This document shows, piece by piece, positions 55,075 through 64,000 of a stretch of DNA of 64,000 nucleotides. Each line of letters begins with the position of its first letter. The first letter of the stretch is position 1. The position numbers and the translations under genes were made by a program. Origin of the DNA: an uncultured Rhodospirillaceae bacterium (GTDB lineage: Bacteria > Pseudomonadota > Alphaproteobacteria > Rhodospirillales > Magnetospirillaceae); assembly GCA_903924765.1 (NCBI GenBank), contig CAIYCT010000378.1:2348-66347 (forward strand), written 5' to 3'. The notes beneath the pieces were generated by a model. That model searched no databases. It saw nothing but the letters and a program-made list of their open reading frames with translations, and was not told where the DNA came from.

Positions 55075-56079
55075 GTGCCTCATCCCACATCCCCCCGTCA
55101 TGAGCATCCTTTCGCGCCTTTCGTGCGTGCCCTTGGCAAAGGCCCCAATCTGTCCCGCCCTCTGACCCAGGACGAAGCCCGGCAGGCCCTGACCATGGTC
55201 TTCGCCGACCAAGTCGAACCCGTTCAATTGGGGGCGTTCCTGTGTCTGTTGCGGGTCAAAACAGAACTGCCCGAGGAGATCGCCGGCATGGTGCAAGCCT
55301 GCCGATCGACCTTCACCATCGACCCCAAACCGTGGAAAATCGACGTGGATTGGGCCGCTTGGGCAGGCAAGTCCCGACAATTGCCATTGTACGTTCTGGC
55401 TGCCCTGGCCCTGGGCAAACACGGAATTCGCGTGTTCATGCATGGAGCCGAGGAGCACACCCAGGGACGCGTCTATACCAGTGATGCGCTTACGGCGTTA
55501 GGACTGTTCCAATGCCGCGATCAAGCCGACGTTGAACGCGCGTTGGATCAACACGGCTTTGCCTATATGGCGCTGACCGACCTTTCGCCGCCCATGCAGA
55601 AGGTCATGGATCTGAAGCTCTTATTGGGTTTGCGCTCGCCGTTGCATACGGTCGGCCGCCTCTCCAATCCCAGCCAAGCTCCGTTTGCCCTGACCGCCGT
55701 CACACACCCCCCCTATCTGAGCGTGCATCAACAAGCATCGCAGCTGCTGGGGCAGCCCCGCATGGCGGTGTTCAAGGGCGATGGCGGCGAAGCGGAACGG
55801 CGACCGGAAAAATCTTGCGAGGTTCTGTTTCTGGACCACGAACTCGCCGGGTCGGAAGACTGGCCCGCCATGGTGGCAGGCATACGTGCGCAAGAAGAAT
55901 CGCTGGACTTGACCCGCTTGACCGCCCTATGGTCCGGGCAACACAACGATGATGTGGCTCAGGCTGTCCTCATCGGCACCATCGCTATCGTCTTGCGCTA
56001 TAGCGGGCGCGCCGCGTCTATTCCCGAAGCCTTGGGCCAAGCCGCCGAAGTTTGGAACAATCGTCCGAAAGTCCTTTAA
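55075..56079 (+). CDS. glycosyl transferase family 3 protein (TrpD paralog, YbiB/TrpD2-like)
   Basis: LTQDEARQALTMVFADQVEPVQLGAFLCLLRVKTELPEEIAGMV resembles the TrpD-family N-terminal helical domain. GTG start. Confidence 0.7.
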   Translation: MPHPTSPRHEHPFAPFVRALGKGPNLSRPLTQDEARQALTMVFADQVEPVQLGAFLCLLRVKTELPEEIAGMVQACRSTFTIDPKPWKIDVDWAAWAGKSRQLPLYVLAALALGKHGIRVFMHGAEEHTQGRVYTSDALTALGLFQCRDQADVERALDQHGFAYMALTDLSPPMQKVMDLKLLLGLRSPLHTVGRLSNPSQAPFALTAVTHPPYLSVHQQASQLLGQPRMAVFKGDGGEAERRPEKSCEVLFLDHELAGSEDWPAMVAGIRAQEESLDLTRLTALWSGQHNDDVAQAVLIGTIAIVLRYSGRAASIPEALGQAAEVWNNRPKVL

Positions 56080-56092
56080 GGAAACCAACTTG

Positions 56093-57055
56093 ATGATCTC
56101 CATCGAACATCTGACCCATGTCTATCCGGCCACGCGGAAACTTCCCGCCCGCACTGCGGTCTCCGATTTCACCCTGTCCGTCAAGACCGGCGAATTCGTC
56201 ATCCTGTCCGGACCCAACGGCTCGGGCAAATCCACGCTGTTCCGCATTCTGACCGGCATGGCCTTGCCCAGTTCTGGCGCGGTCACCATCAACGGGCACG
56301 ATCTGATTAAATCACCCGAGCTGGTTCGCCCCGTGCTGGGGGTGGTGTTCCAAAGCCCGGCCTTGGACAAGCACCTAACGGTCAACGAAAACTTGAAGAT
56401 TCATGCCGCCTTGTACGGCATCCCGGCAGCGGACTTCGAAAAACGCCGCGATGCTGGTCTGGAATGGACCGACGTCAAGGACCGTCTGGATCAGAAGGTC
56501 GATACCCTGTCCGGCGGTCAAGCCCGACAAGTGGAATTGGCCAAGGTTCTGATGACCGATCCCAAGTTGCTGCTGCTGGATGAACCCACCACCGGCCTGG
56601 ACCCGTCGTCGCGCCGCAATTTCATCGCCACTCTGCGCCGCATTCAGCACGAGCGCGGCATGACCGTGCTGATGACCAGCCACGTCTTTACCGAGGCCGA
56701 GGATGTTGACCGCGTCGCCATCATGAAGGAAGGACGTTTGCTGGCCTGGGACACCCCCAGCGCGCTTCGCTCGATGATCGGCAAGGAAATGCTGGTGTTG
56801 CAACCGACTGACGCGATCAAGGTCGCCGCCATCTTGCGCGATGAAATGCACCTGACCGTGCGCTTTCACGGCGACGAATTGCGCCTGGAAGAAACCGAAA
56901 ACGGCGCAGGCCTGCCCTTGGCCGAAAAAATCCTGGATCGCTGCCGCGCCGATCTGCTGTCGCTGGCGATCAAACGCCCCGATCTTGAAGATGTCTTCGT
57001 CCACGTTACCAGCCGAGCCCCCTCGTCCTCTTCTGTGCAGGAACAAGCCCAATGA
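56093..57055 (+). CDS. ABC-2-type exporter ATP-binding protein
   Basis: Walker A GPNGSGKST, signature LSGGQARQ, Walker B LLLLDEPTTGLD. ATG 56093; stop overlaps the permease start (ATGA). Confidence 0.9.
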   Translation: MISIEHLTHVYPATRKLPARTAVSDFTLSVKTGEFVILSGPNGSGKSTLFRILTGMALPSSGAVTINGHDLIKSPELVRPVLGVVFQSPALDKHLTVNENLKIHAALYGIPAADFEKRRDAGLEWTDVKDRLDQKVDTLSGGQARQVELAKVLMTDPKLLLLDEPTTGLDPSSRRNFIATLRRIQHERGMTVLMTSHVFTEAEDVDRVAIMKEGRLLAWDTPSALRSMIGKEMLVLQPTDAIKVAAILRDEMHLTVRFHGDELRLEETENGAGLPLAEKILDRCRADLLSLAIKRPDLEDVFVHVTSRAPSSSSVQEQAQ

Positions 57056-57825
57056 TCCGCGTCATCCACGCCCTAGCTTATCGCGAATTGATCCGCTTCG
57101 CCAGCCAACCCCAACGGGTCATCGGCACCATCGCTCAACCCCTGCTGTTTTGGTTGTTCCTGGGCGCCGGAATGGGCGGGTCGTTTCGTCCGCCTGGAAT
57201 CGAACAAGTCTCCTATCTGGAATATTTCTATCCCGGCGTAATGATGATGATGATGCTGTTTGCCAGCATTTTCGGATCGATCACCATCATCGAGGACCGC
57301 GACGCCGGGTTCCTACAGGGAGTATTGGCCTCGCCGGTCAGCCGCCTGACCATTGTCTTGGGCAAGGTTCTGGGGGTGGTTGCCATCGCCATGATCCAAA
57401 CCTTGATCTTTACCCTGGCCGCGCCGTTCTTAGGGTTGCATTTCGGCTTGGGCAGTTTGGGGTTGTTGTTGGCGGCTTTCGTGTTGTCCAGCTTGGGCTT
57501 CTCGGCCCTCGGGTTCATGCTGGCCTGGAAAATGCGCTCTACAGCCGGGTTCCACGCCATTATGATGGTGTTTTTGATGCCGTTGTGGATGCTGTCGGGC
57601 GCGCTATTTCCCATCAGCGGCGTCCCCGGCTGGATGGGCTTCGTCATGATGATCAACCCCGTTCACCACGCGCTCAACATCGTCCGCGCGCCGTTCTACG
57701 CCACCCCAACGGAATTGTTCGCCCAACAACCGTACATGATCTCGTTGGCGGTTACCGTGGCGTGGGCGGCGATTTGCCTGTTCCTATCCATGAAGCGTGT
57801 CTCCCACCGCGAGATGGGGGCATAA
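57052..57825 (+). CDS. ABC-2-type exporter permease
   Basis: 257 aa, six predicted TM segments, translationally coupled to the ATPase gene. Confidence 0.85.
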   Translation: MIRVIHALAYRELIRFASQPQRVIGTIAQPLLFWLFLGAGMGGSFRPPGIEQVSYLEYFYPGVMMMMMLFASIFGSITIIEDRDAGFLQGVLASPVSRLTIVLGKVLGVVAIAMIQTLIFTLAAPFLGLHFGLGSLGLLLAAFVLSSLGFSALGFMLAWKMRSTAGFHAIMMVFLMPLWMLSGALFPISGVPGWMGFVMMINPVHHALNIVRAPFYATPTELFAQQPYMISLAVTVAWAAICLFLSMKRVSHREMGA

Positions 57826-57841
57826 CGAGAGGCGCCCCTCT

Positions 57842-58084
57842 ATGCCAACCATCTTAAGGCATGAGGGGTATCGGTTCTTTTTCTATAGTCTGGAAGGAAC
57901 AGAACCGCCTCATGTGCATGTGGAATCTGGCAATGACGTTGCCAAATTCTGGTTGACGCCGGTTCAGTTGGCAGAATCTCACGGATTCCGCTCACAAGAA
58001 CTGAACCGTCTGCGGATTTTGGTGATAGAATATGGCGAAAGCTTTCTGGAGGCGTGGCATGCCCACTTTGGCAATCCGACTTGA
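57842..58084 (+). CDS. DUF4160-like small protein
   Basis: MPTILRHEGYRFFFYSLEGTEPPHVHVESG matches the DUF4160 pattern (F.F.s.E...PHvHv). 80 aa. Confidence 0.7.
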   Translation: MPTILRHEGYRFFFYSLEGTEPPHVHVESGNDVAKFWLTPVQLAESHGFRSQELNRLRILVIEYGESFLEAWHAHFGNPT

Positions 58085-58301
58085 TCCCACCGCCATCGAC
58101 GTGCGGCTTGATGATTCTATGCTGCGAGTCTCTCTGGCGGATGGACGTGAATTGGCGGCACCGCTGGAATGGTTTCCCAGACTGCGCGACGCCAATCAGC
58201 AACAGCGCCAGAACTGGCGCTTAATTGGACGCGGTCAAGGCATCCATTGGCCTGATATGGACGAGGACATCTCGGTTTCCAGTTTGCTGCGTCTGTCCTA
58301 G
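58059..58301 (+). CDS. DUF2442-like small protein
   Basis: LRVSLADGRELAAPLEWFPRLRDA......W.LIGRGQGIHWPDMDEDISVSSLL matches the DUF2442 pattern. Overlaps the upstream gene by 26 nt if it starts at ATG 58059. Confidence 0.7.
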   Translation: MPTLAIRLDPTAIDVRLDDSMLRVSLADGRELAAPLEWFPRLRDANQQQRQNWRLIGRGQGIHWPDMDEDISVSSLLRLS

Positions 58302-58317
58302 ATCGTTCAATTCCGGG

Positions 58318-59295
58318 ATGACCGACCTTCGCACCCTGCCCCCTGTAGCCCCCGAGGAATCCGGCCAAAGGTTCGACCGCTGGCTGAGCGCTCAATTGCC
58401 CGATTTGTCGCGCACCCGGATCAAAGTCTTGATTGAAGAGGGGGGGGCTGCCTTAGTGAACGGCGCCCCTGTCACCGACGCGTCCAGCAAGGTCAAGGCG
58501 GGCATGGAAATCAGCCTGACCATTCCCGACAGCGCGCCCCCCACACCCTTGGCGCAAGAAATCCCGTTGGACATCCTGTACGAAGATTCCGATCTGATTG
58601 TGCTCAACAAGCCGGCTGGGCTGGTGGTGCATCCGGCGCCCGGTTCGCCCGATCAAACCCTGGTCAATGCTTTGCTGGCCCATTGCGGCAACGATTTGTC
58701 CGGCATCGGCGGCGTCAAACGGCCCGGAATCGTCCACCGCTTGGACAAGGACACCAGCGGCGTTATTGTGGTAGCCAAGAACGATCTGGCCCATCATGGC
58801 CTTGCCAAGCAGTTCGAGGACCATAGCATCGACCGCGCCTATGTCGCCCTGGTGTGGGGCAATCTGCTGCCGACCAGCGGTGAGATCGAGGGGGCCATCG
58901 GCCGCTCGCCCTCAAACCGCAAAAAAATGGCGGTGGTGTCCGGCGGCGGCAAATACGCCCTGACCCGCTATCGCGTTCTGCGCCCCTTGGCCGGTGGAGC
59001 CGTGACGATGGTGGAATGCCGCTTGGCGACCGGACGCACCCATCAAATCCGCGTTCACCTAACCGCCAAGGGCCATCCGTTGATCGGCGACGCCACCTAT
59101 GGCGGCGGCGCCAAGGCCGCCCGCATTAAGACCCTACCCGCGCCCGCCAAGGAACGCCTAATCGGCTTTCATCGCCAAGCATTACACGCAACTATCCTAG
59201 GGTTTCTTCACCCCAGGACGGGTCAACACCTTAGCTTTGAACAGCAAATACCCAGGGATTTGGCCGATCTTATAACATTTTTAGAGTCTCTATAA
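58318..59295 (+). CDS. rluD: 23S rRNA pseudouridine synthase (RluA/RluD family)
   Basis: S4 domain (RFDRWL), LNKPAGLVVHP, HRLDKDTSG and GRTHQIRVH motifs. Confidence 0.9.
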   Translation: MTDLRTLPPVAPEESGQRFDRWLSAQLPDLSRTRIKVLIEEGGAALVNGAPVTDASSKVKAGMEISLTIPDSAPPTPLAQEIPLDILYEDSDLIVLNKPAGLVVHPAPGSPDQTLVNALLAHCGNDLSGIGGVKRPGIVHRLDKDTSGVIVVAKNDLAHHGLAKQFEDHSIDRAYVALVWGNLLPTSGEIEGAIGRSPSNRKKMAVVSGGGKYALTRYRVLRPLAGGAVTMVECRLATGRTHQIRVHLTAKGHPLIGDATYGGGAKAARIKTLPAPAKERLIGFHRQALHATILGFLHPRTGQHLSFEQQIPRDLADLITFLESL

Positions 59296-59413
59296 AAAAG
59301 TTCTATACCTGAGTAGTTTCCTGTGCCATCCTCTTTCCATGGTGAGCGTGACTTTTTTGTTTGTCCGCTGTCGGACGAGGTGCTCACCTCTATCAGGAGC
59401 AGGAGAGATAGCC

Positions 59414-60280
59414 ATGTCGGTCATATCCCCCACCATTATCATCGCCCCGGAAAACAACCTGTCGCGCTATTTGCAGGAAATCCGCAAATTCCCCATGTTG
59501 GAACCGGGCGAGGAATACAGCCTATCCAAGCAATATCTGGACCACGACGACGCAAGCGCCGCCAATCGGCTGATTACCAGCCATTTGCGGCTGGTCGCCA
59601 AGGTGGCCATGGGATATCGCGGCTACGGGCTGCCCCTGAGCGAACTGATTTCCGAAGGCAATGTGGGCATGGTTCAGGCAGTCAAGCGCTTCGACCCCGA
59701 TCGCGGCTTCCGCCTTGCCACCTACGCCATGTGGTGGATCAAGGCCGCCATCCAGGAATATATCCTGCACTCGTGGTCCCTGGTCAAAATCGGCACCACC
59801 GCCTCGCAAAAGAAGCTGTTCTTCAATCTGCGCCGCCTGAAAGGTCAGATGCAGGCCATCGACGATGGCGATTTGTCGCCCGAGACGGTGACCAAGATCG
59901 CCGAGAAGCTGGACGTGCCCGAAGACGACGTGATCAGCATGAACACCCGCATGTTCAATCCCGATCACTCCCTGAACGCGCCCATCCGCGCCGACGGCGA
60001 TGGCGAATGGCAAGATTGGCTTGAAGACGACAAAGAAGATCAAGAAACCGTGTTGGGGAACCGCCAAGAGTTCACTTTGAGACACGATCTTTTGACCGAC
60101 GCCTTGGCCACCCTTAAGGACCGCGAGCGGGCCATCCTGATCGAACGGCGTTTGACCGACGAACCCGCCACCTTGGAATTCCTGTCACAACGCTATGGCA
60201 TCAGCCGCGAGCGCGTCCGCCAGATCGAAGTCCGCGCGTTCGAAAAGATCAAGAAGTCGATGATGGAGGGTGTCGTCTGA
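59414..60280 (+). CDS. rpoH: RNA polymerase sigma-32 heat-shock factor
   Basis: LVAKVAMGYRGYGLP, the RpoH-box-like QKKLFFNLRRLKG and region 4 ISRERVRQIE. AGGAGAG RBS before ATG 59414. Confidence 0.95.
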   Translation: MSVISPTIIIAPENNLSRYLQEIRKFPMLEPGEEYSLSKQYLDHDDASAANRLITSHLRLVAKVAMGYRGYGLPLSELISEGNVGMVQAVKRFDPDRGFRLATYAMWWIKAAIQEYILHSWSLVKIGTTASQKKLFFNLRRLKGQMQAIDDGDLSPETVTKIAEKLDVPEDDVISMNTRMFNPDHSLNAPIRADGDGEWQDWLEDDKEDQETVLGNRQEFTLRHDLLTDALATLKDRERAILIERRLTDEPATLEFLSQRYGISRERVRQIEVRAFEKIKKSMMEGVV

Positions 60281-60291
60281 CGCCTTCTGTT

Positions 60292-60795
60292 TTACTTTTT
60301 CGCGGGCGGAGCCTGTAGACCGTGGGGGATCACGCCCGTCCCCCAATCCTCGACCAACTTCTTTTGAGCCGAGCGCAGACCGTTAATGCGCTTATGGGTG
60401 TTCATGGCCAACCACCCCGAGATGATCGGCGGCATGGCTTTATAGATCAGCCAGCCCACCGACGCGGCCATGTAAGACCACAGCAGCATGCCTGATTCGG
60501 TCAAAAGGTCGGTCGCTTCGTCGATGGAATGAACGCCGAACCACATGCCGAATAAATACGGCACCAACGCCGCCAGATTTAAACCGCCCACACACAAAAA
60601 GGCATAGCGGTCATCGCCTTTCTCGCCCAGATAAGCCCCCAAGGTCGGCAACATGCCCGCTACCAGAACCATGCAGCTAGGCAATGAAAACGGAACCACC
60701 GCAAGCATCAGCCCGATGACAACCATCTTATTGACGTTGCCGGGCGATGCTGCCTCTTTCTTTTTCACCGCCTTGGGCGCGGGTTTCTTAGCCAT
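60292..60795 (-). CDS. small polytopic membrane protein, hypothetical
   Basis: 167 aa. Lys-rich N-terminus, about 4 TM segments, basic C-terminus. Lies 3 nt downstream of the kinase-like gene. Confidence 0.55.
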   Translation of the reverse strand: MAKKPAPKAVKKKEAASPGNVNKMVVIGLMLAVVPFSLPSCMVLVAGMLPTLGAYLGEKGDDRYAFLCVGGLNLAALVPYLFGMWFGVHSIDEATDLLTESGMLLWSYMAASVGWLIYKAMPPIISGWLAMNTHKRINGLRSAQKKLVEDWGTGVIPHGLQAPPAKK

Positions 60796-60798
60796 GGC

Positions 60799-62847
60799 TC
60801 ACCACACTTTCATGATGACGACGATGGTGATGACCAACATGCCGACCAAGATGCCGGTCACCGCCGCCACCTGCTTGCCGATTTTATCCGAGCCGGACAT
60901 TACATCCTCATCTTGGCTTTCAATGCGCTTGATGGCTTCTTCCGCGGCCATGTATTGCGCCTGAGCCCACGCGAAATCGTTGCTGTCCTTTTCCTTAGCG
61001 TTAGGATCGTCCAACACCTGATAAATTTCCACCACCGAGCCGCGCTTGGCAAGCTTGGGCAGAATTCCCTCAAATTCCTTGCGCTTCTCGCGGCTGTTAT
61101 AGCCTTCGACCATGGTCGAGGCCAACTTGGCCACCCACCCAGCCAGACCGGGCAAGCTTTCCGGCCCCAGGCGATATTGAAACACCGCCAGCATGTTCAA
61201 CAACGCCATCATGGCCTTGTTCTTGTCTGAATCGTTGAGCGCCGCCAAATTGCGGTCCACATCGCTTCTGGCCCGCGCCCCGATGAAGGCGGCGATGTGA
61301 CGGTCACACGGCCATTGCTTGGCGTCGCCGTTCACCGCGCCATAGGCGTTCAAACCTGGCAGCAATTCCTTGATGTCGACCACATAGGCCTCACCCACCA
61401 GGGGACTTTGACAGGGCAGCGAGTCGTTCAATTCGTACAAGGCCCGCTCTAGGCCGAACCCCAACCCCATTTGACTGATTTGATTGCGAATTTCACGGAA
61501 GCTGCTTTCCACCAGCGGATCGTCCCGATCGGCGCCTTGGACTTCGTAGTAATTCTTGAAGATGTCGCGGCGGATCATTTCCACCAGCATCTTGGTGTCC
61601 GCCTGCTTGGCCATCAGCACCGCCAGGGCCGATCCAATGCCTTCCGGCATGGCGCCGAATCCCTTATAGCGAATGGGGGCTGTTGGATCCAACATCATCA
61701 GCACGCGCGCCAACATGATGTTCTCGGCGGCATCCTTTTCCGAAGTGGCGGTCACCGCCATGCGGACCTGATCAGCCACCGCTTCGGCTTTTTCCTTATC
61801 TTCCACCGCGCGGCGCAGCCACAATTCCAGCTTGCCTTCCAACACGGTGGCGACGGCGGCCTCCCAATGCCGGGCGAACGCCGCCGCCAGTTCCCGCCCC
61901 GTCAGATAGTCGCGCCCCTGGAATGGAAAGGCCCGCGCCGCGCGTTTTTCCCGTTTCGGCTGAACCGGCGTCATCCGGCGGCCTTGGACCCACATATCCA
62001 GCAAATCCACGGTCCAGCGCTGCTGAACGTCGTCGCACAACAATCCGCGCAACAATTCGATGATCGCCAAGGGCATGCGGTTATCCCCGACGATGGTCGC
62101 ATAGCTGCCATATTCCAGCTTATTGCGCAGGATGGTCTCGTCATCCATATGAGCCGTGGGCAGTTTACCGATCATCAACACCGCCAAGGTCGCCCCCAGC
62201 GAATACAGATCGTCAGTCTCGGTTCCAGTGCCGCGCGTCAAAGGATGGCACATGGCCGACGGGATAGGCTCGAACACCGCCGGTTGATCGATGCCGGGCG
62301 GGCTGGAGGCGCAATCGCCCAAGGCAATACGATCGCCACGATCGTCCATGAAAAACATATTGGTGGGACGAATGCCGCGATGAGTCACGCCCTTGGCAGT
62401 AAATTCCTTGAGCACGGCCACCATGGGCTCGACCACCCGGCGGGAAATCTCGTGCTCCTGTAATTTCTGGAATTCGTCGCGCAAGTCGGTCATGAGCCGC
62501 TTGCCCAAGGGCATTTCATAGATCAGCGTCATGCTTTGGCGACCGGCCAACGGCCACAGCATCGGCCCCCATTCCACCAACTGCATCAGCCCCAGATAAC
62601 TAAGTCCCTTAATGGTCCGCATCACGCTCATGCGCGATGGAATGCCTTGCCTGCAAACAAGGGCGAACAGACGGCGATTGGGTTCCTTTCGGTCCTCCGC
62701 CATAAAGGCGTCCGCATATTGGGTGGACAGTTCATAAATGGGATGCGCCGATTGAACCGTATAGCGGTCGCGCAGCATGCCCGGCAGTCCGGAAGCGGCC
62801 GGGATAGGGGTCACGGTTTCCTGGTGAAGGTCTTCCTCGTCAGCCAT
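60799..62847 (-). CDS. tail-anchored protein with N-terminal protein-kinase-like domain (predicted pseudokinase)
   Basis: Kinase-like core VTHRGIRPTNMFF (HRD->HRG), IALGDCASS at the DFG position and DDLYSLGATLAVLMIG (subdomain IX). No GxGxxG loop and no VAIK lysine. C-terminal TM segment VAAVTGILVGMLVITIVVIM. Confidence 0.7.
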   Translation of the reverse strand: MADEEDLHQETVTPIPAASGLPGMLRDRYTVQSAHPIYELSTQYADAFMAEDRKEPNRRLFALVCRQGIPSRMSVMRTIKGLSYLGLMQLVEWGPMLWPLAGRQSMTLIYEMPLGKRLMTDLRDEFQKLQEHEISRRVVEPMVAVLKEFTAKGVTHRGIRPTNMFFMDDRGDRIALGDCASSPPGIDQPAVFEPIPSAMCHPLTRGTGTETDDLYSLGATLAVLMIGKLPTAHMDDETILRNKLEYGSYATIVGDNRMPLAIIELLRGLLCDDVQQRWTVDLLDMWVQGRRMTPVQPKREKRAARAFPFQGRDYLTGRELAAAFARHWEAAVATVLEGKLELWLRRAVEDKEKAEAVADQVRMAVTATSEKDAAENIMLARVLMMLDPTAPIRYKGFGAMPEGIGSALAVLMAKQADTKMLVEMIRRDIFKNYYEVQGADRDDPLVESSFREIRNQISQMGLGFGLERALYELNDSLPCQSPLVGEAYVVDIKELLPGLNAYGAVNGDAKQWPCDRHIAAFIGARARSDVDRNLAALNDSDKNKAMMALLNMLAVFQYRLGPESLPGLAGWVAKLASTMVEGYNSREKRKEFEGILPKLAKRGSVVEIYQVLDDPNAKEKDSNDFAWAQAQYMAAEEAIKRIESQDEDVMSGSDKIGKQVAAVTGILVGMLVITIVVIMKVW

Positions 62848-62926
62848 AGCAGTGTTTTACGGGGCATCCGCCTTTCACACAAGCCAGAGTTTACGAAACT
62901 GGCCGTGCCGTTGTAGTCTGCCAATT

Positions 62927-63466
62927 ATGGAAATTCCGTTTACTTTAGGCGTGATGCAAACAGAGAAAGGCGACGGCGCCGAAACGGTGATGGCCGACTT
63001 CGTCCAGTTTTTGCAAGCGCGCGGCGTCACTGTGGGCGGCCTGATTCAAGTCAACACCAACCATCCCGATGGCCTGTACCAAATGGAATTGTTGGATCTA
63101 CGGACCAATGACCGCTACTTGATCTCGCAGCCTTTGGGAAAATCGGCGTCGGGATGTCGGCTTGATCCCAGTGGCCTGTGCGACGCAAGCGCAGTCCTGC
63201 GCCGCGAGATCGAAGCCAAGGTGGACTTGCTGGTCATCAACAAATTCGGCATCGCCGAATCCGAGGGCAAAGGCATCTTGCAGGAGCTGTTCCAAGCGCT
63301 GGAGCAGGGCATTCCGGTGCTGACCTCGCTGTCGAGCGGTTACCGCGAGAACTGGTCCCAGATCATGGACGATTGCGGCCAATTCCTGCCGCCGACCCTG
63401 GCGGCGTTGATCCAATGGTGGGAAGAGGTTTCAGCCCCCGGTCATGCTCATGGTGCGGGTCACTGA
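62927..63466 (+). CDS. DUF2478-like protein (family assignment uncertain)
   Basis: About 179 aa from ATG 62927. [17 protein letters not shown] resembles the DUF2478 core. Adjacent to moaA. Confidence 0.45.
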   Translation: MEIPFTLGVMQTEKGDGAETVMADFVQFLQARGVTVGGLIQVNTNHPDGLYQMELLDLRTNDRYLISQPLGKSASGCRLDPSGLCDASAVLRREIEAKVDLLVINKFGIAESEGKGILQELFQALEQGIPVLTSLSSGYRENWSQIMDDCGQFLPPTLAALIQWWEEVSAPGHAHGAGH

Positions 63467-64000
63467 CGGGCCTTGATGATCGCGGTCGATGAGGAAATCG
63501 TGGCCCTTCGGCTTGTGAGCGATGGCTTCAAGGATTGCACCCCGCACCAAGTCGTCTTGTTCCGACGCGCGCAGCGGCTGTCTTAAATCCACCGCGTCTT
63601 CTTGGCCCAGACACATGAACAAGGTCCCGGTGCAGGTCACCCGCACACGGTTGCAGCCTTCGCAGAAATTATGGGTCATGGGCGTGATGAACCCGACCCG
63701 CGCGCCGGTTTCCTTGACCAGGGCATAACGGGCTGGACCACCGGTGGTGTAGGAGGAATCCACCAGCGTCCAGCGCTTGGACAAAGACTCCCGCACCTCG
63801 CTCAAGGGGAGATAACGATCCAGGCGGTCATCAACCTCGCCCAGGGGCATGGTCTCGATGAAACACAGATCTACTCCCCGGTCGCCGCACCACGCCACAA
63901 GCGCATGGCATTCGCCCTCATTGACGCCCTTCAGCGCCACCGTGTTGATCTTGACCGCAATCCCCGCCGCCAAAGCCTTGTCGATGCCGTCCATGACCAG
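63431..64000 (-). CDS. moaA: GTP 3',8-cyclase (molybdenum cofactor biosynthesis protein A), 3' part; 5' end lies outside the window
   Basis: [22 protein letters not shown] and the C-terminal cluster motif [21 protein letters not shown]. The frame is open to the window edge. Confidence 0.9.
   Translation of the reverse strand: MVMDGIDKALAAGIAVKINTVALKGVNEGECHALVAWCGDRGVDLCFIETMPLGEVDDRLDRYLPLSEVRESLSKRWTLVDSSYTTGGPARYALVKETGARVGFITPMTHNFCEGCNRVRVTCTGTLFMCLGQEDAVDLRQPLRASEQDDLVRGAILEAIAHKPKGHDFLIDRDHQGPSVTRTMSMTGG

Noticed and set aside
54991-55458. 156-codon N-terminal extension of the K+ channel ORF, overlapping the divergent TrpD-like gene
   Set aside because: The translation is Gly/Gln/His-rich and non-native, and it runs antisense into the neighbouring gene. 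GTG 54990 has a strong AGGAGA RBS and gives a normal-length 6TM channel.
1-64000. tRNA, rRNA, tmRNA, IS element, integrase or prophage remnants
   Set aside because: The intergenic regions are short, and none showed cloverleaf-like T-loop/anticodon architecture, terminal inverted repeats with a transposase ORF, or recombinase motifs. This was not checked with tRNAscan or ISfinder, so small elements could have been missed.

Overview
GC-rich chromosomal segment with alphaproteobacterial-type gene content and synteny; the taxon cannot be determined from the sequence alone. I call about 50 protein-coding genes. I recognised no rRNA, tRNA, CRISPR array, transposase, integrase or prophage gene. Housekeeping blocks: holC-pepA; cysQ-tsaC-FAD oxidase; a tightly overlapping lptF/G-lptD-surA-pdxA-rsmA operon; putA-rocD; hflKC; ygiQ; rluD-rpoH; the 3' part of moaA. 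Visibly AT-richer accessory patches sit between them: (1) 13.3-17.0 kb holds a hypothetical gene, an ATP-grasp-like gene and a catalytically degenerate GGDEF-EAL-like gene; (2) 21.9-26.3 kb holds two divergent regulator/SDR pairs, each with a palindrome in the shared promoter region, plus a membrane metallophosphoesterase. The dominant feature is a giant gene of about 10.3 kb (30699-41047) for a repeat-rich RTX-type adhesin. Its architecture is one B module, 11 VCBS/Ig-like A modules, 14 copies of an unassigned ~117-aa B module, one A-like module, an Asn-substituted RTX block and a C-terminal tail. The well-supported start (ATG 30699 with a GGAG RBS) is out of frame with the 3274-codon main ORF; the apparent 1-nt frameshift lies near 31158-31160. 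An orphan Rho-independent terminator sits 28 nt upstream of that start. No type I secretion genes or LapG/LapD-type genes occur in the window. Other items worth a second look: a tail-anchored predicted pseudokinase (HRD->HRG, no VAIK lysine, no Gly-loop) coupled to a small polytopic membrane protein; an overlapping DUF4160/DUF2442 two-gene cassette upstream of rluD; an NRAMP-TerC-HflK-HflC co-directional cluster with a Fur/Mur-like AT-rich box; two ZntB/CorA paralogs; an orphan 569-aa helical protein; and a structured rpoH leader. All calls come from reading the ORF translations and the DNA by eye. No database searches were run, so family names are recognition-based and need HMM or BLAST confirmation.
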